64,000 nt of DNA, from contig JAQFVV010000006.1 in assembly GCA_028023455.1 (NCBI GenBank), forward strand, positions 17,608,001-17,672,000, given 5' to 3'. Every line of letters starts with the position of its first letter. Positions within the stretch are counted from its first letter, which is position 1. The translations under genes were made by a program, and so were the position numbers. The notes beneath the pieces were generated by a model. The model was not told the DNA's origin. It made no database searches and was given only the letters and a program-made list of their open reading frames with translations. The DNA comes from Epiperipatus broadwayi (taxonomy: Eukaryota > Animalia > Onychophora). This document shows, piece by piece, positions 1 to 12,285 of this stretch.

Positions 1-149
1 AAAAATAAGGAAATAAAATATGACTAATAAAAAATTTCAAATTTGAAAAAATTGATACAAGACAACCTTTTTTTAACTATAATATTTAATTTTATTCAAA
101 ATAATATATTTTTATGCATAATTTACAGTACAGTAATTTACATTTTTTT

Positions 150-1000
150 ATACACGTTTTAATTATTATCGCTATTTGCTGAAAAACACGTTTGTTTGCA
201 AACTGGTAAAAAATCAATTCTCACAAGAGGAAATACAACTAGTGCCAAGTTCATTCTCATGTTGTGTTAATGGTTTTCTGTTGACGACGTAATTAGTAAT
301 TAATCTTTGAGATGATGATTTTATTAATTGTTTATGAACTTAGACTTATGATAATAAAAAGACATTTATTCACCACTGCTGGGAAAAATTTAATTAAAAC
401 TAACAACTAAAAATTAAATTCTTATTTTTGTCTTTAATTTTTTAATTTTCAATTCCGTTTAAAAATCAAATTTCGTTTTACATCACATTAATTTCAAGTC
501 GCTGTAAGTAATTTTTAAATTGTTAATTACAATTAAAAATCAGATTTTAATTTTTAATTGTCAAATTTAATTGTGCCCACTGCTATTACTCACCTTTTAA
601 AAATAAACTTGCGGACACTAAATGATTAATAATTGATTACGTTCTTTTTTAAAAAGCAAAAACAGAATGTGATTTAAAATGCAAAATTAACACACACAAT
701 GTTTGAACAAATTTACATTATAATCTTGTAAAATTTAATGTGTGTATACATAAAATGTGGAAATCATGATTTTAATTTCATTATTGCATAAAATCTTACT
801 ATTATAAAGCACTGAAAATATTGAAATTACTAAGATGAAAGTCAAACTCTAATAATGTGCTATTACTTTCAATATAACGTAAGTGCACGAAATTTATTTT
901 TTAAAATAATAGCGCATTATCAGAGTTCGACTTCCGGTGAAACATGAATCGCGTAACTTCAAAATCGTGTTAAATAAGTCTGCATCAAAAGAGACCCAGG
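150..1000 (+). promoter_or_regulatory. CpG-retaining, promoter-like segment with an ETS-type motif
   Basis: About 18 CpGs counted by eye in the first 1 kb, against about 3-7 per kb in sampled intronic kb. ACTTCCGG at 930-937. Weak candidate donor cccag|gtgtat at 999/1000. Direction not established. Confidence 0.35.
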
Positions 1001-2304
1001 TGTATTTAGTTTGGGAAAGTGCTGAGTTAAAACCCTATTTTTATTATATTATTTGCTTTAAGATTTAAAGCCTTTGTATTTGTTTAATCTAAATTCTATG
1101 CATTATTTGAAGTATATAATATTATTTGATATGTGTGATAGTTAGTTATCATAGTTTAATAAAGCTAGCATTATGAACATAATATAAATATCCTTGAAGT
1201 ATATTAGTTATGTGGTGTGGTGGTCATAGACCATGGTGATAGTTGATACTCATGATGTTGTCATTAGTAATTACCTGAGTCTGACAGGTAAATTGATGGT
1301 TTAACTTTTCAGAAACTTATAATTGGAGAATGGTGTATTTTTTTTGTTTAGGCATAAGAAACTATAAGTAAGATCATCTGACAAGTGTAATAATCGTTGC
1401 TATTTATCCAGCCTATGCCATATAACTAGTTCTGCACATTAGCTTGTTGAATTGCTTGCAAAGAAATCATTCATCCAATAGATTTTGGATATAATACTAT
1501 TATTTATTAATTTCTCCTGACTATTCCTTATGCACATGACATTTGACAATATAATTTTAATATTTATTTTGCTTTAATCTTTGTATTTAGTTAGTCTTTA
1601 TATCTGTTTTTTTCCTTGTGAACTGTTTATTATATATTTAACTGTAACATAAAATAAACATAACTTTGAACTCAGTACATTTAGAAGTATGATTTAGAAG
1701 TATGATATCCCTCCCTTTAATGCTGAAAATTATTCACATTAAGTCACATTTTATACTTGTTGATTCATCCCAATTAATCTGGGATTAATAACTAAATATC
1801 CAATGGTCAGCCACTGATGGATTGATTGCCTGAAAGAAAAAATTATAAGCCAGCTTGTGACTTAATACAAAATTTTTAATGTTCAGAGCAAGTGGATGCT
1901 CTAACCAATAATTCACAAAGTCATTCACCTATATATAGTTATATCTTTAACCAATTATTAATATGATAATTATCATTTATCGTAAAACTACTTTAATTTA
2001 TGATAGCTATCTTGGTCCACAAAATTTACCCTTGTATTAATCCATACATAAATAAAAAATTTATAGAATTTCTATTTCTTAATACTCTTGTCTTATTGAT
2101 AACCAAAATTCGGGTATTTTTATGATATATCAAAATACAAGTAGAAACCAAAATGTATATATATGTATGTGCTTCTAGAGACATCTTTTTAATGCAATTT
2201 CATTCAACTATTAACTTTTCTTCTCTGATAACAAAAAAAAAAAAAAAATGAAAATTGGAAGTCCATTATTAAAATATAATTTGTATGTACCCTGTGTTGT
2301 TTAG

Positions 2305-2457
2305 CGTCATGGCGGGCTCGTTGTGTGATATAGCTACAGTGTCGATTTGAAAGCTAAAGATTAATTCTCAGCTGAATATACTAATAATAAAAAAAGCAAA
2401 TGTCTTTCAAATCAATTGAATGCAGTCGTTGGGTACTCATGTGTCACCCCTGAACAG
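2305..2457 (+). other. Candidate exon (5' UTR or alternative first coding exon)
   Basis: Perfect donor gaacag|gtaagt at 2457/2458 and plausible acceptor tgtgttgtttag| at 2304. Locally CpG-rich. Contains uORF MAGSLCDIATVSI* (2309-2350) and ATG 2420 reading MQSLGTHVSPLN+AG (phase 2). Confidence 0.45.
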
Positions 2458-4336
2458 GTAAGTATGCGATTTTAAATAGGTTTTTGTCATAAATTGACAA
2501 AATATATTTAAAACTTGCTAATAATATTATATATATAATTATTTTTATTTTTTTGATGAAATCTATGAAGATTGCATTTATTATGTTTCGATATTAATTA
2601 AAAATGTGGTGAAAAGAATAAATTCAAATTCGTTTTGTTTGAAAAATGAAAAAACGTAGATGATTTATTTGCTTGTACTCTATATATACTATGTTGATTT
2701 CTCTATCTGGAAGTAAATTGGGTTAACTAAACATCAGGTTACTATATTTAAATGATACCACTTGATTGTCATCGTTTGCCAGTCTCATAATGTATTTCTA
2801 CCATCTCAGTTATTGTAAATCTTATGAGATCCACATCAAGAGATGGGATAACTGTTGTTTAAGATTTTCAGGAGATAATCCATCATCAAAGTATTCATAG
2901 TGCGCTTTGATAATTTCTCCACAACTGATGATTTCAATGTAATTTATATATATATATAAACAATTCAGGTATTTAAGAATTAGAGCCCCGTGGGACAGAC
3001 AACCTTGATTCAAAAACCTTTTGCTCTTGCGTCCATCTTTCTATCACTGTGTTAAACTACATGGGGCATAAATATAATGAATCTACTATAATCATTTATG
3101 ATGCATTAGACTTTGTCGTCTCAGATTTACATCTGTGAATCACTTCTACATGTAGAGGTAAATCTTATTATCCGTAGTGTAGATTAACATATGTATTTAT
3201 TAGTAATATCTTTCTTCAGGGAATATACAAATGATTAAGAACCTGCTTTATTTCGTTTTTCACTTTTTTTTTTAACCATTATTAAATTAGTGAGAGATTT
3301 AATGAATATAAATTAGTCATTAAGAATGAAAAAGAAAAGTGAGTTATTTATGACTTAGTTTTTTTTCTTCAAATATTTTATTTCTATATAATTTATTTTT
3401 GAAATAGATATCAGTGTTTTTTAACTGCTCCGCAATTTCATTTATTATTGATTCTGAAAGGGAATTAAATGGAATCTGTTTATTAATATCTATAGCTGAT
3501 AAGCATGCTTGGATGAAATATTTTCTTGGCTTTTATGAAAAAAAAAAAATATATCATTGGTTCAGTACAGCGGAAGAAAGATAGGAAAGATGGAAAAATA
3601 TTGTATGAGCTGGCTCATAAAATTTACTTCTCTGCACAGCCTTGCCCCAAATGATAGCATTTATGTTTGTCCCCAACCCCGTTCCAAGTTATGATCATAA
3701 AAAATGTTTAAAAAATAAATAAATTCAAGTAATAAAACATATCTAAGTGTAATAAAAAGGTATACGACTTTTTTTATAATTAAAAAAACAGTTGAAATGT
3801 AACTGTATATATAAAATACTTGTTTTTATTGTGATATATAAATCTATTTTTAAAATAGTGAGTGCTTTCTAATAAAATGAGTTGTATTATTTATGACTGT
3901 GTGTGCATATTGGATCTTATTCTTCTCTATAGGAAATGATGTAGTTGTCAGCAGATATTAACTAATTAGTAAGATTCATACATTATCAGAGTTGATAAAT
4001 AGTTAGGTGCAACCTGCAATAAGTAATGTATATTGGAAAATCAGGTTTTCAGGAAATCATCAAGCAAAGCATACCTTATGTTAGTTAAGTGGAGAATTTA
4101 GTGTATCTAGAAATTGGTTGTACCTAAAATACCACCATTACCAATTCTATTGATAGTTGAGTGGTTATATGCACTAAATTACAGTTTGCGAATATTAGGT
4201 ATGATAGTATCTGAATATATTTTGTAATATGGCCACATAAAGTATCAACAACTGTCATAGAATATTAAGTAGATATCTTAGAACTGTATATTCATTATCT
4301 GTTAAAAATTAAACCAAAAGATATTTCGCAACGTAT

Positions 4337-4694
4337 TAGATGTGGACATGGAGAAAAATGGAAAACATCAGTTGGATGAGTAGGGTAACAAATGAAGAAG
4401 TTTTTAATGAGGAAAGAAGATTGATTGAAAATATCAGAGAAAGAGAAAATGGATTGGACATATATTAAGAAGAGATTATAGTTTAGTGAAAGATGTTTTG
4501 GAGGGAATGGTGAGTGGAATTAAAAAGAGGGGATGGAAGAGATTGATATTATTGGATGATATAAGAGATGGAAAGGTGTATGTGGAATTGATGAAATGGG
4601 CAAGGAAGACAATGGAATGGAAGAATGGATGAACTGATATAGTGACTACTCTTTGGACCTGTCTATTGGACAGACTACTATTGATTGATTGATT
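4337..4694 (+). mobile_element. 3' end of an RTE-clade non-LTR retrotransposon (decayed)
   Basis: Frameshifted translation resembles the RTE C-terminus (..ISW..RVTNEEV....KWIGHILRR....KDVLEGMV.G.K.RG...L.LLDDI.DG..Y.EL). Ends in acctgtctattggacagactac followed by a (TTGA)n tail. Confidence 0.8.
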
Positions 4695-5566
4695 ATAAAA
4701 ATAATAATGGATATCCAGCCAGCCCTTCATTTTCAGTAACATAATAATAACCAAATCTTTATTGCTTGGGAATTTGTAACGTTTGAGTAATTTGAGCTCC
4801 AGTGTCTAATATTCTAGCACTAAAACTAAACTGTACCATGTATTTAGAAAAGATAGACGGTCTGGACTCATGATTATTATATTACTTCAGATTGACTCAA
4901 GCAAATATAAGGAAGTTCTGTTGAGAAAAGCATTTTATTTATTATTTGCAGTTTTTATTAGAACTTTGATTTGTTCACTTTTTCTTTTATTGTATTGGTA
5001 TTTTTAAGACTTAGAGACAAAAATACAAAATGTGGCCATCTGAATTGAAGCCTTACTTATTGTGTTACCAGATCCAGTATTTGTCCTAGACTTGTGAAAA
5101 GCATTACATCTTGGCATAATAATAATAATATTTTTAGAAATAGTTTTTTTATTGCTGAGTTTTAATAAAGTGATTGGGGGGGGGGGGCATTAGTCTTTTT
5201 TTCTTCATCATTAGGCATTTGCTTATTTATTCATGACTTCAAATATGGCTTCGAGGTAAATTTGAAATATACTTTTTGCATATATAAAAATGAGATTATT
5301 TTTTTACCTTCATACTTTATTGCTCTCTGTATTTATGTATATTTAATTCATTTTGGCTTAATAAAGATTTTTATACATATGTGGATATAAGTAAATTGTA
5401 GACCAAACTGTATTTTATTCCAGATGGAATAACAAATATTGAAAAAGCAAGTTGGAAAGATAAAGAAACAAAAATATATTAAATCTTTTACATTTTTTGC
5501 TCATTTATAAGTAATACAAAAAAAGAAGAGCGATCAAAAAAATAAAATATTAAAATTTGGAAATTA

Positions 5567-5969
5567 AGTTAAAAGATGGATTTGAACTTAGGATTTTCAG
5601 ACTATATCCATCCTCCATTCCATCTCGAACAGCTGATACACATGATCACACACATGTGAAAAAGATAAATGATTCCCAATATACATATTTCATGCAGTTG
5701 AGCCAAATCATAATCTCCCACACATATATACAATCAGTGCTCATCTTCTATTAAGACATCAATTCCTTAAACTTTAATGGATATGTTTCAATCTTCTCAC
5801 TGATTGTATATTAGTGTGGAAGATTATGATCTGACCCGACTGATGAGTGCTGGTTCTGCATGAAATACATATCTTTTTTACATTTGTGTGGTCATGTGTA
5901 TCAATTGTTTGAGATGGTGTAGAGGATGAATATAGACTGAAAATCTTGAGTTCATATTCCTCTATTTAC
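5567..5969. mobile_element. Inverted (fold-back) copy of hammerhead-bearing Penelope-like/retrozyme-like repeat family A
   Basis: The left arm (about 5567-5741) is the diverged reverse complement of the right arm (about 5790-5969). It shares internal sequence with 8850-9395 and 33081-33640. Hammerhead core at 5840. Confidence 0.75.
5833..5873 (+). ncRNA. Minimal type I hammerhead ribozyme motif, core intact, 3' strand of stem I lost
   Basis: CTGATGA (5840-5846), GTGC-tggttct-GCAT stem II, GAAA (5862-5865), then tacata-T-C. Confidence 0.65.
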
Positions 5970-6112
5970 TATAGTAAACATTCGGTATACTGAATGAATG
6001 GGTTCATTAAAAAGATGTAAATTTTCACTGATAAATGAAATGCTCACTGTCCAGAACATTACTATTATTTTGTCATTGAATGCTATTAAAAATATGTTTC
6101 CAATAATATATT

Positions 6113-6455
6113 TGTTATTAGAAGGGACTTGAACTCAGATTTGCAAGCTTCCTTCAGCTATTCACTCCATCTTATACTACTGATATGCATGACCATATAC
6201 ATGTGAAAAAGATGTGGCCATGTGTATCGGTTGAGAAGGGACTTGAACTCAGACTTTCAAGCTCCCTTCAGCTATTCACTCCATCTTATATTACTGATAC
6301 GCATGACCATATATATGTGAAAAAGGTGTGGTCATGTGTATCAGTTGTATAAGGTGGAGTGGATAGCTTGTAGGGAGCTTGAAAGTCTGAATTCAAGTCC
6401 CTTCTAATTACATTAAGTTTAGTATAGATAATATACATGTATTTAAATATTAATA
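6113..6455. mobile_element. Family A related fragment: tandemly duplicated segment followed by an inverted copy
   Basis: agaagggacttgaactcaga...ctattcactccatcttata occurs twice (about 6120 and about 6234). It is followed by its reverse complement ending ttcaagtcccttctaattac (about 6410). Homologous to 33480-33640. Confidence 0.75.
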
Positions 6456-7518
6456 TACTTGTTGTAACAGTCTTTAAGTATGATCATTCAAATAGCATTA
6501 TAATTCATCAGAGCAATAAAAATTGATATTTTTTTTGGTCTTATGCAAAAACTGAATTACTTTTAAAAGTTGTAGAATACAGTTATTTAAATATATATAT
6601 TCTATTAATCACTATTAATGCAAAGTTTCACATTTATGAAATATTAATGATTAATTTGCTATTCTTATAAAATCTTGAGAACTGCATGGTAATAGTCGTT
6701 TTTATCTGATGGCAAGTTTTTTAAAATGATTTCTAAAAAGTCAAGACGTTCTTATAAATTATCAGCATTACATATCTAATAGACATTATTTATTTTCAAT
6801 GTTGTTAAAATTAATAGAATTTATATTTGCATTGTTAATTAAAACTGTGAGCTGGCTAGATTGAGACTTTTGCTAAGATTGCCATTAATGTAACGTTTCG
6901 CCCCTATAAAATATGAACGATTATGCAGCTCTTGGGGAATGGGATGGAAATCATCTGGTTTGTAGTTTAATATGAGACAGTATTGTTTTCAAATTTATTA
7001 AGTGACTCTTAAGTAACTTATATTATGAGCATATGAAAATTATTTCTGAACTGGATTTAAATATTATAAAGGGCATATTGATGCAACTCTAAATATTAAA
7101 GTGTTGGTATAGTTTGTGTTATGGTGGTCCAGATGATAACTCATTACTAATGATGGTCATTCATTATCACTTGGATATAATAGTTTATTACTGGTTGTTC
7201 AATTTGCGCTCTGGTAAAAAATTTTCTTTGCATTACATATTTAGTATCTTCATGCTATTCGTTAAATTTGAGGTCTGGAAGAAAAATATTCAACTAAAAA
7301 GATAAAAAAAAAAAACTACTTTGCCTGAAATACTAGTTTGGTATGAGAAAGATGAATTGAAAAAGTAGTACATATTAGAATTTATTAAGTGAGATTATGA
7401 AGATGAAATATAATATAAAATAACAGTTCCAGGTGTTTATGTTAAAAATGTGATCACTTTTAGACTGATTTTTTAATTTAGACTCTATAATTAAAATTAT
7501 ATAATTTTACCAAACTTG

Positions 7519-7865
7519 TACTGTTCAAATTAATATGAAAAGATACAAATAAAACTAATAAAAAAGCTTTAAATGCACTGAGCCAGCTTTCGCAGATTGT
7601 TGCCAGAATCATAATGCTGAATAGAACTGCGCCTGTTGCAAGGAATCCTCATTCCTTCAATAGCAAATATTCCTGTGTCCCATTATCAAAAAAATGGAAC
7701 ATCTAATTCACATACTGTGCCTGATTTAATATTGGTCTTTGCATATTTTTAATGGCGCAGTTCTCTTCAGCATTACGATTCTGCCAGCAATCTGCCAAAA
7801 GTTGGCTCATTGCATTTAAGACTTCATTAGTCTTATTTTATCTTTTCATATTAATTTGAATATTA
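7519..7865. mobile_element. MITE-like fold-back element, possibly TA-flanked (Tc1/mariner type)
   Basis: Arms of about 115 bp: ttcaaattaatatgaaaagat...gaactgcgcc and ggcgcagttc...atcttttcatattaatttgaa. TA at both outer ends. Confidence 0.7.
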
Positions 7866-8707
7866 CAACTTTAGTAGAATTGCATAATTGTATGGAAAGT
7901 GTATATACTATTGAAAATTATATCAAAAACAAAGCTATCTACAATGTGTGTGTGTTATTTTTTGAGTTGGTATACTACATCCTGATGTGTCTGAAGTAAA
8001 ATAAAAGTTTTGCAATCCTCTTGCAAGGCAAAGGCCTCTTAGTTTCTTTGGAATGGTAAAAAAGAAGTAATTATTCACCATACTTGCCAACTGTCAAGTA
8101 TAAAGGGTTTGAGCATTTTCCTATTTACCACAAATAGCTTCAATACTTATTTAGCAATCAATAATGAGTGGTTAATTGAATTGACTATAGGATAACTACT
8201 GAAAAAAAAATAGTTTCTTATTTTTTTCCCTTTTTTGATTAACTTCAGCACTTTAAAATGTCTGTTTTGAATTAGTTTGGATGAGTGGGAACAAGTACTG
8301 TTTATTAGTAGAAGAGTTGTGTAATTAATTTTCCTAACTTTCTTTTCACTTATCAACAACCCGTTTAATAAATTGCTCATATTAATTTTCTACAATCATC
8401 TGCCTCTTTAGGAGCTTTTACAAAGTAATTAATATTTTCACTTTGTAGTAATTGATAAAGAAAATGCTACATATATATATATATCGGTCGAAATTGCCAC
8501 TTTGTACGCAAATTAAATAATTTTTACTCAAACAAAAATATCATTTCCATATTTTAATATGTTGTGAATATATTGTGTGACTGTGTTTTATGTACATATT
8601 TTAATTGTTTTTCATTTTTTATATACTAAATAATAAATAAAAATTAGAAAATAATATTGTAATTGAAGTACTATTTTTAGAAAATTAATGTGTTTTTTTT
8701 TTTTTAG

Positions 8708-8714
8708 GCGTCAG
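8708..8714 (+). CDS. Candidate 7-nt coding microexon (GCGTCAG, Ala-Ser + 1 nt) of the AUTS2-family gene
   Basis: A run of about 13 T, then AG|GCGTCAG|GTAAAA, with a ttaat branch-like motif about 20 nt upstream. Phase 0 to 1 fits the phase-1 start of exon 16639. Read-through hits TAA within a few codons. Confidence 0.5.
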
Positions 8715-8849
8715 GTAAAAATAAATAATCATAATGCTTCTTTGGGATGTTTGAATATTGACATAACAATTGCATTCATTTAATTAAACTGATTCAAAAA
8801 TTGTATTTCTTTGGGCTAAAATGTTCAGAATGTTCCAAAAATCATGCTA

Positions 8850-9395
8850 TGGATAGGGTATATGAGCACAGACTTTCACACGACCCACCACTTTCCACTC
8901 TATCTCACTTGAAACACATATATGTAAGATAAATAATCACCAATATCCGTATTTTATGCTAAACCAGCAATCATCAGTTGGTCCATATTGTCATCTCTAC
9001 ACATATATGTAATAAGTGCTCAGATATATATTAAGATAGCCAATCTTCATACTTTAATGGACAGGCTTCAATTCACTCCACTCTTCAACCGTCCATCCAA
9101 TTGAAAATCTGATGATGAAATGCTCAAAGGCCACCCTAAGGCTGAGATTCTTGTCACACCCATGTTGACCTAAGGTCAATCTGACCCCTCACATACAGGA
9201 CATAATCCATTTAATACATATACAAGGGATGGCTAGACGTCTCTACTATGTAGTAACTGAAACACACAAGCTTATTATATATCTGTGTCTATATATGTAA
9301 TATATAGGCTATATGAGCACAGACTTTCACATAACCCACCACTCTCCACTCTATCTCATAACATTGATACACTTGAACACATAGATGTCTAAACT
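8850..9395 (-). mobile_element. Family A monomer (about 451 bp) with terminal direct repeat, containing a hammerhead motif
   Basis: tatgagcacagactttcac...ccactctatctc occurs at 8861 and again at 9312 (offset 451). Internal sequence homologous to 33150-33450. Hammerhead on the minus strand at 8939-8984. Confidence 0.75.
8939..8984 (-). ncRNA. Decayed type I hammerhead ribozyme motif
   Basis: Minus strand: ggaccaa CTGATGA ttgc tggttta gcat aAAA tacgga TA ttggt. Stem I accaa/ttggt is intact; G12 is mutated. Confidence 0.6.
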
Positions 9396-11164
9396 ATGGA
9401 TATAAGAAACTTTTTCACATTTTATGTTAAAATTGCACTTAATTGCATCAAATTAAAGTCATAAAATAGAAAAAGAATTTTTTCTTTATTAAAAACACTA
9501 AGTGATAAAGTATATACTCTTTGTCAACAAATAAAGAAAGTAGATAAGTATTTTAAAAGCTAATGAGTTTCTTTATTTGTAGTAAATAGAAACAATTATT
9601 TTAAATATCGATTATAAAAATACGTAAATGTTTTCTAGAATCAGTAAAAATTTAAATTTATCACAATAAAAATAAGATCTATATTTTTCTTAAACATTAT
9701 ATTTCTGCTATTTTTAACAGAATATATTTTTATGATAAAGTTTAACTATTAACCTATCTGCAGCAAAGTGCTATTTTATTTCTTACAAGTCACTATAAAA
9801 TAAAAACTTTTTTAAGAAATCAAAATATGTTTAGAACATCAGATAAAGTCCCACTCTCTATTCAGTCAAAATTAAAGAATGAAACATTGTGGAAAAATTT
9901 TACGAAGTCCTAAATAGAATGTAAATTATTATTGGGGAATATACAAATGAGAATTTTTAATATTAAAATTATTTGAAAAAAATACAAATGATAGTTTTAG
10001 TTCGAAGTGTCTGGCAAGCATTTGTTTTACAACCTTGCTTACATAAACTTTTATGAATTTCTCTTTATGAATATATATATATATTCTTATATTTATATAA
10101 CTGAATACAATTTATGTTATTCATATTCAGATAATGATATGATATCATTTGAGAGACTCTTTTATGACATCAATTTTCTTTCATTTTTTATTTGGGAATA
10201 TACATTTTAAGCTTACTTTATGGAGAAGGCTTATAATGCATGACTTGGCTAGAGCTGGCCAAATCCATAACATTACAATATTAATCACCATTTTCTGAAA
10301 TTTGCTTATAGTCTGTAAAGACTGCATAGCATATTATAGGAAATTCAATTTTAAAAACATCTTCAGATTCATGACATATATTTATATCAGGTTTAACAAC
10401 ACAACATAAAAACTAATTATTCTGAAATTTTTCATATATAATGACATTTGTAATTGTTAAAATAAAGGGTTTTTTTTTTTTTGTAGCTTCTATATAGCAG
10501 TTTTTTTCTTTAATAAAACTTTTATTTTATTAAAATAGCATGCTAACACATGTTTAGAGTCTAACTTATCAACAACAGTAAGGATTTTAGCAGGGTTACA
10601 TCAATTATAATCGTAATTAGAAATTTTTTCTAAATCCTGGAAAGGATGTCATCCCCTCAAGATTTTTTATAATTATCATAGGTTAAGAAAATCATTTATT
10701 GATTGATTAAAGGTTTTACTTTATAAATTATTGTAAATCTAACTTAGCAAAATTCAGATCACACTTCTATTTGTAAGTCAGTTATTGGAGAAAATCACTT
10801 TATTAAAGATCAAGTTTTCATTTTATGTGTTTTTATATATGGATGTAACAAATCAATTTTTTGTGTTAAACTTATAATATCATATTCATAATTATAAAAT
10901 ATGGAGTTAATTTTCAATTAATGTGCCATTGAAAAGTTTGTAAAAGTATTTGATGCAAAATCTACTCTATATAATATTATTTGTATAAAATGCTCATATT
11001 TCCAATTCGATGTTGTAACACTTTCACAGTTTATGGAGATTATTAATTCATTTTCCCAGTAAATACTAAAATGGTCTCTTTCTAATTTTTCTCTTTTTTA
11101 AATCACTTTTAGCATGCAAAATAAAACTTTTTATAAAGATTCAGATTCAATAATAACAACTCAC

Positions 11165-11450
11165 TACTCTGCTCTAGTGCCATCTAGAGTAAGTTTGAAT
11201 AATCAATGATTACCAACTGTAGAACATCTAAATCCTCAGATTGTTTCTGGCTTTTGTTGTTATCATTGAGGACTACTTTTATTATGAATAATAAAATGAA
11301 GTTAAAGGTAATTGCTATATGCATAATTATTATATCCAATTTTGAATCTCATATCCTGACTGAAAAGGCAATTTCAGAAACCAATTTGGGAATAGCAATT
11401 TAAATGCATTATTATAGTCAAGCTTACTATAGATGGCGCTAGAGTAGAAA
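11165..11450. repeat. Short inverted-repeat pair (old MITE-like element)
   Basis: ctctagtgccatcta (about 11171) is the near reverse complement of tagatggcgctagag (about 11430). Confidence 0.4.
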
Positions 11451-11665
11451 GTTGTTTTTGCTTTATCATATATTATTATATCAATTACAACCTGATATGC
11501 TGCCAAACACTGTAACTGATTTATTATTAAAAATTTTATTGTTAAATATCATTATACAAAATTACTGGCTTCATGGGGGTTTTTTTTTTTTTAAAAAAAA
11601 AAACAGAATAAGTATTGATTTACCAGGACTCACAAGCAAAATGTCCAAGTAAGTTGATAATCTGT

Positions 11666-11777
11666 TAGATTAAACCTGAATTTACAAGTGAATTGTCTTA
11701 CTTAATCATAAGAAACAATCTCAGATTAGACCTGAATTTACATGTGGATTGTTTTACTTAATCATAAGAAACAATCT
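11666..11777. repeat. Tandem duplication of about 56 bp
   Basis: agattaaacctgaatttacaagtgaattgtcttacttaatcataagaaacaatct is repeated twice with few mismatches. Confidence 0.85.
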
Positions 11778-11994
11778 AATTCATTTGAAAATAAATGCTG
11801 AGAACAATTATCAGTGAAATAAGAGGCAGTTTATATAGCAAGAACACATTTAAGATTCTTCATAACAGTTTGAATATCTAAGGAGCTTCATAACTGATCA
11901 TTAGCAGATCATTCTGAAGGAGTATTTGCCTGAAGATTTCTGATGGTATATTAGATGTGATAATATATTGGTCTATTTCCATCATCCATCGTTA

Positions 11995-12285
11995 AATGTT
12001 GAATGTATAGAAAATTTTAGACTTTTCAAATACTATCAACTTGTTAATAATAACACACAAATAGACAACACAAATTAGTAATTACACAACATTTTGAATA
12101 GTATTATTCCCCATTCTTCTTCAGGCATTGCTGGCCTGACCAGTGACAGCATAGGCCAGTATAATATCTGAAGAAAAGTGGAGAATAATACAACTTACCT
12201 GTGTTGTCTATTTGTGTGTTATTACTAACAAGTTGTTTGTATTTGAAAAGCTTAAATAAAATTTAAAATTTTCTATACTTCAACA
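11995..12285. mobile_element. Fold-back element, probably tail-to-tail Penelope-like ends with a decayed CTGAAGA hammerhead
   Basis: Outer arms ttttcaaatac...gacaacaca / tgtgttgtc...gtatttgaaaa; inner arms gtattattccccattcttcttcag / ctgaagaaaagtggagaataatac. Minus strand 12124-12083 reads CTGAAGA a gaat..attc aAAA tgtt gtgt. Confidence 0.6.

Noticed and set aside
2822-3013. Minus-strand ORF with YEYFDDGLSPENL, vaguely like MULE transposase N-terminal regions
   Set aside because: Similarity is short and from memory only, with no catalytic motifs or TIRs.
7600-7780. CTGAAGA on the minus strand of the 7519-7865 element as a hammerhead
   Set aside because: No stem II and no GAAA at a compatible spacing.
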